This document shows, one piece after another, positions 28,727 through 42,215 of a stretch of DNA of 64,000 bases. The translations under genes and the position numbers were made by a program. The notes beneath the pieces were generated by a model that saw only the letters and a list, made by a program, of their open reading frames with translations, made no database searches and was not told where the DNA came from. Source of the stretch: the human T2T-CHM13v2.0 reference genome, Homo sapiens; assembly GCF_009914755.1 (NCBI RefSeq), contig NC_060939.1; one strand, given 5' to 3'. How positions within the stretch are numbered: position 1 is the stretch's first letter; the number at the start of each line of letters is the position of its first letter.

Positions 28727-30132
28727 CTGGGTCCATATGGAGGGGAAAAAGTGTGACCAAAGAAGTGTCTATATATATATTCATCCAACTTCTCAAATAC
28801 TCCATCATTATCTACTTCATATTCCTTCATGTTTCTAAGATAATCTTTAACATCATTAACAAAGTCAGTGAAGAGCTTCTGATCATGTATAAAGACACCG
28901 TTTAGGAAAAACTTATTGATGAACTGATCAAGTTCGTTCCAGTGACAAAAAGTATCCAGTTCTTTTAACATGTACCTTTGAATTATCTGTCTAAATTCAT
29001 CCATCCTTATAGGATTCACCACTGTGTTAAAAAGGCTCATGGACTCTTGTTGAGCACAATCAAATACACCAGAACAAGCCTTTCTGAAAGAATGAGAATT
29101 TTCTCTACAATCATGCCCAGGACTGCATTTCTTTGAATTTGTATTTTTTCTGAATTCTTTAAAGTGAACTGGCTTTTCTTTCCTTCCATCATTTTGCATA
29201 GTAGGGCCTCTATTATGATGGTTTTCTGTAGGTGCCTTATACTGTGGATGTAAATAGTCACTAAAAACTGTTCTTGGTTTTTCAGCTGCTTCTTTTGTAG
29301 CACCAAATCTTTTATTACCCTTTTCATCAAAGATATTCTTGGTGGTATCTTTAAAGTGTCTGAAAGTGGATTTAACTGAATCTGAGAATTTTTTCAGATT
29401 TTCCTTCACAGCTTCTTTAGCCTGCTTAATTTTCTCTTTATGATGCCTTACAAACTCCTTGGTAGAATTCTTCATGGCATCAAATGTTTCCTTAACTGAA
29501 CCCAAAAATGTTTCCTTTGACTTATTTTTAGCCCTGTGGCTTCCTCTGCCCCCTTTCTTTTTTCCATCTGTTCCTTGTTTTCCATTTTGATCTTTTGCCT
29601 CAACATACAATCTTTCCCACAAATCAGAACGCTGCTGTTCGAAGGTTAGCTTCCGTTCCAGCTCAGTGAGTCTTTCCCGTAAGATTGCTATTTCCTTTTT
29701 TTCAGTATATACATTGGGAGAATCTGACTTGCCATGTAACTGACTACCACTTAACTGCTGGAGTTCCCCCCTTAAAGCCGTAGTTACTAGTCGTTCTCTC
29801 TCCAGTTCTCTCTTTAGCATCTTTGCTTCTGTCAACAGAGTCTCCCTTTGACTAAGAAAGCTGTGTTTTTTCTGCTTTTCCTCTTCCAAATGCTGCTTAA
29901 GTTTCTGATTTTCTTTAACTAATTCAGTACTTGTCCCTTTATCTTCCAATATTCTAATCTGTTCTCTTAGTTTGTTTAACTCTTCCTGTAATGAGGATAA
30001 GGCTTTTTCTTCCTTCTCCAGGGATACTCTTAAATACTGATTTTCTGTAGCAAGGTTCGTTTTCTGAGTTTCAAAGGACATCTTCTCTGCTTCAGTAAGT
30101 GTCCAACACCTTGCAAGATTTTCTTTCAATGA
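28727..30132 (-). CDS. CCPG1: CCPG1 large coding exon (1406 nt), luminal coiled-coil region: [12 protein letters not shown]...FSPPYGP(S)
   Basis: ORF 28687..30129 (480 aa); tgtag|TCA acceptor, CCCAG|gtcggt donor. Confidence 0.97.
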
Positions 30133-30676
30133 CTACATTTTTTTTTGAAAGAGAAGAAATAAAATGTCAAATGCTTTAAAAGCTGAATTTAAATCTTCAA
30201 GATATAATACCCCATAAGCTTTTGTGTCTTTACTTCTACAGATACAACCCCCCGGGTAGTATTTTCAATAGTATAAACATTGGGAAATACAAGGTTCATA
30301 TGCAAGAAAACGCAGAGCAGAGAGCTACATCAAATTGAGAACTACAGCATGGTGTAAGAATTTTTTTTTTTTTGAGATGGAGTCTCACTCTGTCGTCCAG
30401 ACTAGAGTGCAGTGGCGCAATCTCGGCTCACTATAACCTCTGCCTCTTGAGTTCAAGCGACTCTCCAGCCTCCCAAAGTGCTGGCATTATAGGCATGAAC
30501 CACCGCGCCTGGCTGGAAGAATTTAAAAGACAGAAAGTTAGCTAGAGCTTGCAGGACTAAAGGCTTTTCTGAATCAGGAAAAGAGATTACCTTTTATAAA
30601 AGGTAAAATTATTAGCTGGGCGCGGTGGCTCATGCCTGTAATCCCAGCACTTTGGGAGGCTGAGGTGGGTGGATCA

Positions 30677-30949
<273 letters not shown>

Positions 30950-32334
30950 TCAAAAATTGTTTGTACTCAGTGTACCCTTCAAAGGATGAAATTCTAACAA
31001 TCTTAGTCCTATTTGAAACATTTTAGTCCTATGCAATTAACATTTCTAAGTAAGTACAGATAAGCCATAAATTCTATAACCATGTTAGAAGACAGACTGA
31101 ATCTTGAACATTTATAACTAACTTATCCAATTTTATGGTAAATTTTTGAAGTTCTGTAATCTGTACAGATTAATATAACTCTGAAGATTAATCTATAGAT
31201 TACTATAACTGAAAGTCAGCACCCGTGGTAGAAATCATGGTCAATTCGGCTTATAGAATTTTACTGCTTCAATAAGGGTATCCTTGACTGATTTGAATTT
31301 TCTTTTACACATATGCATTAGTAACAAAATCTAACCAAAAACAGTCAAAACTTAAACAATATGGTTCAACAGGTTCTTAAAGCATTATACATCGAGTTAA
31401 AAATATCCTATGTATAAATCTGCAAAATGATACTTAAATTTGGCTTAATTTATCACAAACGTTATGGTTACCCCATTTGAGTCAGAGCAGTCAATTACCT
31501 GGATTCAGAAATAAGAAAAAAAAAAAAGGAAAAAAAAATACAAGTCCTTTAAGAGAATGACACTAATATACACTTGAAAAATAACTATCTGAAATGACTG
31601 CTTCACGTTCTGGCTCATTAATCTTCAGAGAACAAATAAAGATTTAAAATTTAATCACAGTCATTTCATCTGCTCTACCTGTATGAGAGAAAAGAAATTT
31701 CTTCTACCCAACAGCAGTGGACTGTGGAGTAGAAGAGACTGATGCACTGGTGTGGCATAATCTTGAAATGCACAAGCCCAGGAAGCCACAGGATGAAAGA
31801 AGAGTACAGCATTCCTCGTGCAGTAAATATGATGTTGACATAAGTGATTGATAAGCAGATCCTGACCAGGTCTTCCAAAGAGCTTCAAAATCTATCTGAT
31901 CCACACTTAACAGCCAGAAATAAGAGATCTGTAAAAACTGACTCTCTAGCTGGGCACAGTGGCTCAATCCTTTAATCCCAGTATTTTGAGGCCAAGGTGG
32001 GAGGATCACTTGAACCCAGAAGTTCCAGAATAGCCTGGGCAACATAGTGAGACCCCATCTCTATGAAAAATTTAAAAACCAAGTTGGACATGGTGGCGTG
32101 TGCTTGTGGTCGCAGCTACTTGAGAGGCTAAGCCAGGAGGATTGCTTGAGCCCAGAAGTTAAGGCAGCAGTGAGCCATGATCACACCACTGCACTCCAGC
32201 CTGGGCAATAAGAATGAAACCCTGTCTCTTAAAAAACAAAAACAAAAAAAACAGGCCAGGCGCAGTGACTCACGCCTGTAATCCCAGCACTTTGGGAGGC
32301 CGAGGCAGGCAGATTACCTGAGGTCAGGAGTTCA

Positions 32335-32583
<249 letters not shown>

Positions 32584-32743
32584 CTACAAACTCTCTCTAG
32601 AGGTTAATGCGTGGTGAGTTTTCCAAAAGCCAATGTTATCCTATGGAACCAGAAAACACTGTGGTGAAGAAGAAAATGGCATCTTCTAATACAGGTAGGA
32701 AAAACTGAACTATTTATAATTAACTTCAGAAGTACCTCCCTGT

Positions 32744-32833
32744 GTCTACAGCCATAACACCCTAAATGCCGCCAGTCTCCTCTGATGGCAGAAGCTAGGC
32801 AGGGTCTGGCCTGGTTAGTACTTGGATGGGAGA
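32744..32833 (+). pseudogene. 5S rRNA retropseudogene, 3'-truncated at ~nt 90, no poly(A) tail
   Basis: gtctacagccataacaccctaaa...gaagctaggcagggtctggcctggttagtacttggatgggaga matches human 5S nt ~1-90; 15-bp TSD agaagtacctccctg at 32728-32742 and 32831-32845. Confidence 0.92.
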
Positions 32834-33732
32834 AGTACCTCCCTGAAAGATACAATTTAGTTACAAAGTAGTATTTTTGTCTTTTCAAGAAATATAACCT
32901 GTAAGGGAAGCATACATAAATTAAGTGTGAGAATTGGGGGTGGAAAAATGAAGGAAAAAACAATAGCTTACTTTTCTTTCCTTTTCCTTTTTTTTTTTTT
33001 TTTTTTTGAGACAGTCTTCCTCTGTGGCCCAGGCCGGAGTGCAATAGTGTGATCTCAGCTTACTATAACCTCTGCCTCCTAGATTGAAGCAATTCTTGTG
33101 CCTAAGCCTCCCAAAAAGCTGGGATTACAGGTATGTGCCACCACACCCGGCTGATTTTTGTATTTTTAGTAGAGACAAGGTTTCACCATATTGGCCAGGC
33201 TGGTCTTGAACTCCTGGGCTCAAGCAATCCACCTACCTTGGCTTCCCAAGGTTACCAACTTTGGGAATTTGGGAGGTTGCCACCACACCCAGACATAGCT
33301 TATTTTTCTACCCTGCATTTCTCTCTACAACCTTCTTAGGAAAAAACTAGATAAGAGACCAGCTATTTTGCTGATCCTCATAAACCCACAGAGGTGTTAG
33401 GTAATGACAGAATGGACAGTACAGTCCTGTGAGACGAGATCTAGGTGAGTTATAGGCAGAAAAAGATAACATGCTCTCCCTTCCATCAGAATAAAAAAAA
33501 ACAATGGAAAGGAATAGCTATGTCCCCTGATCAAGAGAAGATCTTAGAGAGGCTATAAAACCAAAACTCTCCTCTTTCCCTCCTGCCAACTGAAAATGTT
33601 TGCTTCGCTCTGTGAAAATAATGTTAATAAAAATGTCTATATACACATATAAAATGTCACTTATAAAAGATGTTAACTATAAAATAGCAGCTAGGGATAA
33701 GAGTTCTTAAGTCAAATCCTTAGAATCAATTA

Positions 33733-34101
<369 letters not shown>

Positions 34102-34371
34102 CTACCTTGAGAAAGTCACTTAACTTTTCTAAACCTCTTTTCCACCTATAAAAGTTAGTAATTGCTTAATTCACATATTGTGAGAATAAGAGAAATACTC
34201 TATATGGTACACTCATGACAATGACTAGGACACACTAAATACCCGTACTCAATTCAACAATGATCAGCATTATTACTGATTTACTAATCTGCACTAATAA
34301 GCACAATAAGCTCTAACTAATAAGCAAAATAATTACTAACAATTATTTTAAATACTGTTAGTGGTACATAC

Positions 34372-34493
34372 CTTATAATCTATAAAAGATTCTTGTTCCT
34401 GTTGACACTGGGAAAGATAATCCTTCATATCATTCAATTCATCTTCATGTATCTTTCTGACTAACTGTTGACGCTTCTGAATCTGAATTGTGC
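34372..34493 (-). CDS. CCPG1: CCPG1 coding exon (122 nt): (G)TIQIQKRQQLVRKIHEDELNDMKDYLSQCQQEQESFIDYK
   Basis: attttag|GC acceptor, AAG|gtatgt donor; phase 1->0 links flanking exons. Confidence 0.95.
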
Positions 34494-34769
34494 CTAAAAT
34501 AAATATTTTTATTAAAGGTATGTAACAAAAATATTATCATTAAATGTTTTATGTATTTTTTAATATTGGTAATCTGCATATAAGCTATGTAGTCTTTTTT
34601 TTGTTTTTTTTTTGTTTTTTTTTTGTTTTTTGAGAAGAGTCTTGCTCCATTGCCCAGGCTGGTATGATCTCAGCTCACTGCAACCTCTGCCTCCCTGGTT
34701 CAAGCAATTCTCGTGACTCAGCTTCCCGAGTGTCTGGGACTACAGGGAAGCGCCACCAGGCCCAACTAA

Positions 34770-34895
<126 letters not shown>

Positions 34896-35649
34896 TAACC
34901 TATGTAATCTTGACAATCATTTCATTCAGAGTATCAGCATTTCACCGTTCTTTAAAAATTCTGATTACATAAATAGAGAATAAGTAACTGAGGCTGGGCA
35001 CAGTGGCTCACGCCTGTAATCCCAGCACATTGGGAGGCCAAGGCAGGTAGATCATTTGAGGTCAGGAGTTCAAGACCAGCCTGGCCAACATGGTGAAACC
35101 CTGTCTCTACTAAAAATAAAAATAAAATAAAATAAAAAAAGAAAAGTAAATGAAAGCCCATGATCAATCATTCATCAAATGGTGGTGAACGTTAACGTAA
35201 TATAAGTAAGGCCAAGTAGGCTAGTTCTTAAAAACATTTATTTACATACACCCAGGAACATTTAAGCAGTTCACTATCTTTTGTATTAAAACACACAGGC
35301 CAGCCCATATGGCTCTAACCAAGAGAACAATTTATGTAATGTTCTTATCTTACTATATTGAAGGCACTCAGCTTTGTTGTTTTGGGGTTATCTTTTAAGT
35401 ACAAAAAGTGTTTCAGCCTCCCTTATACAGAGAAATGAACAAACCCTGGTATTTTTTCACAGGTCGTAAGTCAATAAGGAAAAATGAAAAATTTTTTTTT
35501 TTTTAATATTTTGCCTTAAGGATACAACAAAGCCCAAAAAGTACAGCACAGAAAATAATTGGCTAATGGTGATTGTGCACCATTCTCAAGGCCAAATTTG
35601 TTAAGAATTCTGCAATGGTTAAATCTGTACTTGAGTAGCACTGTCCTTA

Positions 35650-35998
<349 letters not shown>

Positions 35999-37222
35999 CT
36001 AAAAATCAAAATGTTACTTTACTCAGACATGCTATTCACATGCGTCATGTATGGGGGGAAAAAACCACGAAATCAAAAATAAGGCAAAATGCAGTTAGCA
36101 ACCTTAACATTACATCTACTGAGTATAGATACTATAGAATTTTACAAAGAAAGGATGCAGTGATCACTATTTCTTCCCTTACTGCTATAAAAATTATTTT
36201 AAATGTCTTCAATACATCTTGAAAAACACCAAAAACAACTTTTGCCAATTTACAGGTAACTGTTACATAGTCTAGCTATGATATTCTGTGTTAGAATTCA
36301 TTTCCTCTCTTTAGATTTCTCAATTTATAGAAGCACGGCAAGCTTGTTTCAAAATTACTCAGCAGAATCCCAGATTTTTTTCAAATGTTGAAATTTATCT
36401 ATAGTTCCCAGAGTAACAGAAAACTTCTGCAATTTCTATTTCAAACTGCTGAGATTAATTCCTTTGCCCACTGGAAAATAATCTAAAACTGTGTTGAGGT
36501 CTGAATTCAAGATAGTATAATATAGCATATGCTTGATTACTGTCTTAATGTGGCCTTTTACAATATTACTGACTAATCACTTGGGGGTTTTTCCTGCACC
36601 TTCAGCTACCTAAAGTCTTATCCTCAAGATACAATCTTTGGCCTAGTCATGTCTACAAATGCTGCCTATTTTACCATGTTGCAGCGCTGTCAGATTTTGC
36701 TATCACTCCTATTAAGAATTCCAAGCTACAGATCTTGTCCTAACTTCTCATCAGAGCTTCTAGCCAACACATCCAGCTGTGTAGGGGGCCTGTTTGTAGG
36801 GTGGAAAAAAAAAAAAATCAAACCTCAACACCTGCCCCAAACCAAATTTGTCTAGAACAAATTTGGGTAAAACCAAACCAAACTGTGCTTACCATCTATT
36901 TATCATCTGGCAAAACTTCCCCAGTAACCCCAACTCCAAAAGTGAAGCAGCTAGCACATTTTCTACAATTTAATAAATTGCCATTATTTTCCATTATTCC
37001 TTCAATGTCCCTTATTCCATTCCCACTGTTATTCCAATTGTCAAGGTCCTCCTCACCAAATATCCAGATTACAGAACTCTTAACTGACTGACTATTCTAC
37101 ATTTTTCCATACCACCTTTTCCACACCAGCAAAAAGTTCCGGCACTTTTTTCTCTAACCTGATAGCAGGTTACTCAATAAATCAAACTTTCCTATCTAGA
37201 TTCCAAGACGTTTTACAATACA

Positions 37223-37399
37223 CAGTTGACCCTTGAGCAACATGAGTTTGAACTACATGGCAGGATGCAAAATCCAGGTATATGGAGAGGTGACTTTTCA
37301 TATATGTGAGGTCCGCAGTCAAGGGACTTTAGTACGTATGGATTTTGGTATGGGGGTGCATCCTGGAACCCATCCCTCATGTATATCAAGGGATGACTA
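37223..37399 (+). mobile_element. MER8-like (TcMar-Tigger) MITE, internally deleted
   Basis: cagttgacccttgagcaacatgagtttgaac ... cctggaacc...aagggatgact. Confidence 0.7.
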
Positions 37400-38325
37400 T
37401 AATAGCACCCCACCTATTCCATTATTTCTAAATACCTACACTCTGCTGTAGTCCAAGCAGTCTTTTCACTGCTCCCAAACCCAAGATTACGTCTTCCTCA
37501 GGTTATCAGATTCTCTGTCGCTGGAATGTTCCACCTTCCCTTGAGTCTATCATAAACTTACTATGATTAGACACAACTTAAATCTTACCACCTCCAGGAT
37601 AATTCAGTAAGTGTACCCTTTGAGCTGTAATTCATTCTGTGCTCTATAACTTAGCATCTAGATATCTTGTTATATAATAGTCTGCCGAAGAGCCGGGTAG
37701 TCTATCAATACTTAAAGCAACTCGAGGAGAAAACCAAATCAATTGAACTCCATTGATGATTTGGAATGTTGATAGTCACAAGCAAATGTAAGAATAAGAA
37801 AGACTGCTTTCTCATGAAACTTTTTAATAAAACTTCTGGAAGCATTTTCAGAACCAAATACCTGGAGTACACTGCCTCACTATCCTTAGTCATGCTAGCT
37901 TTCTCTTCCCTGCAGTATAGATCTGCCAATTCAAATCTGTATGGCACCAGGGCTGGCAAACGCAGAATGATTCAATTAGTAATATGGTATTGTTAAATTA
38001 TTATAAAGCGGGCCAGGCACGGTGGCTCACGCCTATAATCCCAGCACTTTGGGAGGCCGAGGCAGGCGGATCACTTAAGGTCAGGAGTTCGAGACCAACC
38101 TGGCCAACAGGGCGAAACCTCATCTCTTCTAAAAATACAAAAAGTAGCCAGGCGTGCTGGCGGATGCCTGTAATCCTAGCTACTCAGGAGGGTGAGACAG
38201 AAGGATCGCTTGAACCTGGGAGACGGAGGTGGCAGTGAGCCAAGATCATACCACTGCACTCCAGCCTGGGGAACAGAGCAAGACTCTGTCTCAAAAAAAA
38301 ATAAAATTATAAAGTGAATGAATGA

Positions 38326-38499
<174 letters not shown>

Positions 38500-40130
38500 T
38501 GAGGTCAGGAGTTCGAGACCAGCCTGACCAACATGGAGAAACCCCATCTCTACTAAAAATACAAAATTAGCTGGACATGGTGGTGCATGCCTGTAATCCT
38601 AGATACTCGGGAGGCTGAGGCAGGAGAATTGCTTGAACCCGGGAGGCGAAGGTTGCGGTGAGCCGAGATCACGCACTGCACTCCAGCCTGGGCAACAAGA
38701 GCAAAACTCTGTCTCAAAAAAAAAAAAAAGTGATGTCTTTTAAGTAGTGACTTGGAAAAGTCATTTAGGTCAGGTCTTGTATGTTAATTCAACTAATCTC
38801 ATTACTATGTAGGCCTACTTCATAATATGTTATCCAGGCTTTTCATAGCCTGAAAAGGCTAATATCAAGTAAAGGACAATGTTTTATTAATTAACTATTA
38901 AGGTAAATTTTACTAATAACCAAAATCCTACATAACAGAGAAGTAACTTCTCATTTTGAAAGCACTTCTGTAAAATTATTTTTCTACAAAATATTCAAAG
39001 GTCATGTAAATGGTGAAGTTTTAATGCAATTTGGATTAACACTTTAAATCACTATCCAATTTTTTTTGAAGTAAGAAAAAAAGATTAAGATAAGATCTTC
39101 TCCATTGTTACCCTCATGTTTACTTGTGGAGGGAAAATCATACTCAAATACTTATTGATTGTTTCAGCTAGATAGTCTATAAAGGTAAATATATATTTCA
39201 AATCAAATCTTATTACAACAAATTTCAAGAAAGGATACAAATAATAGTATCTCAGTATTAAATTCAAGCAGGTATCCATCAGAAATCTAAATACATATTT
39301 TTATTAATATAAATACAAGAAACATCTTGCAAGCTCTGACTTTAAACAGGTATTGTCTTCATTAAGTTTATTCTAACATTACGCTATGTTGAATAATATA
39401 CCTTTTCCACAAATCCACATAGGGTACATGTAATTCTTCAATCTTTGCATAAGAAATACATTTTTCGAATGAACTAGCAAAACGAAAAGTTAAGACTGTG
39501 GATTATGCAGGCAAAAAAATCTAAAAGTAGTTAATGTAAAGCAAGCTAAAATTTGGGAAGTTGACAAGATCTAAGACATTTCCTTTTAAAGTGTCTCTAC
39601 CCCAAATTCCAATATAGCAAAGAGAGTCAAAGTTCAGGTTTCAAATACTCCAGTCATTGTACAAACACATACCTTAAATAAGAGACTCAGGCCAGGCACG
39701 GTGGCTCATGCCTATAATCCCAGCACTCTGGGAGGCTGAGTGGGGTGGATCACCTTAGGTCAAGAGTTCAAGACTGGCTGGGTGCGGTGGCTCACGCCTG
39801 TAATCCCAACACTTTGGGAGGCCGAGGCGGGTGGATCACAAGGTCAGGAGATTGAGACCAGCCTGGCCAAGATGGTGAAACCCCGTCTCTACTAAAAATA
39901 CAAAAAAATTAGCTGGGCGTGGTGGCAGGCGCCTGTAGTCCCAGCTACTCAGGAGGCTGAGGCAGGAGAATCACTTGAACCCAGAGGCAGAGGCTGCATT
40001 GAGCCGAGGTCGCACCACTGGACTCCAGCCTGGGCGACAGAGTGAGACTCCGTCTCAAAAAAAAAGAAAAAAAAAAAAAAAAAGACTTCGAGACCAGCCT
40101 GGCCAACATGGCAAAACCCCGTCTCTACTA

Positions 40131-40328
<198 letters not shown>

Positions 40329-40973
40329 CTAAATGAAAAAGTAAAGTAACACCAATAGAATACCTTCCTCTTCTCACCCAAAAGGCATTTAAAAGCTTTG
40401 AATTGATAAGATAATCAACATATATAAACAGTATCAATCATAATAAAGAGCAAAGTATAAGAACAAAGATGACAAACTCTCAATTCATGTGAATCACAGA
40501 AGCAACAATGAAAGTTACAAAGTATGATACTTACATGAAACCTCAAAGTAGAAATAATGAACACTTATTATTTACACATTTCAAATGTAACTATTTCAAC
40601 TGGGATTTAAATAATCTTCCTAATAAAGTCACACTTCAACTTAGTTTAAGTGTGATTCTAAATGTAAATGATTTGCCTCATGGTGAGCATTTCAGATTTT
40701 TAATCTTCCAATCTTTTAACTTTAAAAGAGTCACAAACATATATGGTTATTATCCTTACATTTCTTAATAACTACTACCTTATTTAAATAAAAAGCTTTG
40801 TGAGATAGGCAGCACCCACTTCCCGAATGAGAAAACGGAGGCTCAAACAGGCTTCAAGTTTTCAAGGCCACACATTTAATAATGGCACTGAAAACAGATC
40901 CCAAGAGTCCTCACTCTTAAGTTCCTCTACACTATCCCATCAGGTTATGTATAACACATTTTTGAGTACTTAC

Positions 40974-41225
40974 CATAGAAATGGCCAAATCCCATGCTGA
41001 TTGCAATCACCAAAGCAAGTATAACACACTTATTGAGACCACTACTGAACTGACGTTTACTCAACTCCTTAGAAGGTTCAGTTTCTTGTTCAGCAACTAG
41101 CCGGTCTTCAGATTCTGAAGCAGAAACGGTCTTCTTCCTAGCACGGCGTCGTCTAAAGGCAGGACTGGGCTGATTACTGGTTTCATCACTACTTGATTCA
41201 TCGTCACTAGGCTGAGATGAAAATA
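40974..41225 (-). CDS. CCPG1: CCPG1 coding exon (252 nt) with basic patch RRRRARKK and transmembrane helix [18 protein letters not shown]
   Basis: ORF 40945..41247; ttcttaatag|TA acceptor, G|gtaagt donor. Confidence 0.96.
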
Positions 41226-41465
41226 CTATTAAGAAAAAAGTTGACATTTAGCTATTCAAAATCTTGGAAAAGCTTTCCCAGTAAAAATTATTTAGAATAA
41301 TCAATGCCATCCCTTACATGCCTTTCTACATAAGATAGCCAAAAACAAAAACCAAACAACATAAACAAAAACACGGGTTTTCAACTCATCAACATAAAGC
41401 CAAAACATAAAGCATTTCAAATGTGATACACAAGAATCTGTTAATCATACTATTTGGTGCTTTGA

Positions 41466-41624
<159 letters not shown>

Positions 41625-41646
41625 TGAGGTCAGGAGTTCGAGATCA

Positions 41647-41922
<276 letters not shown>

Positions 41923-42120
41923 TCAGTTTCAAAGAGGTAATTTAAGTGCAACTATTTAAGGAACACAGGAAAGTACACAAGCATTTCCTGTGACTTATAA
42001 AGTAAAATAACTACCAAAAGTTTCCTTGGGTGTATCTGGTCTCTAGTTTCATTTCCAACCTAATTAGCCCATGATCAAGGTTCAAAGCACTGTATTTTAA
42101 CATAGGTTTCCAGAAGTCAG

Positions 42121-42215
42121 ATGAGCCCTTCCCTTCGACTGCCACTCTTACTAGAAGGTTATTAATTTTACCCTCTAGTAAATATGTCAGCATGAGGAAG
42201 TGACACAACAGCTAT
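42121..42215 (-). ncRNA. MIR628: pre-miR-628; 5p arm AUGCUGACAUAUUUACUAGAGG at 42193-42172, 3p arm UCUAGUAAGAGUGGCAGUCGA at 42155-42135
   Basis: Reverse complement matches the recalled hsa-mir-628 stem-loop; the arms pair (UUACUAGA/UCUAGUAA); same strand as host CCPG1. Confidence 0.93.

Noticed and set aside
28666-29330. Antisense or alternative-frame ORFs within the large CCPG1 exon
   Set aside because: Short, no recognisable motif; expected shadows of a long coding exon
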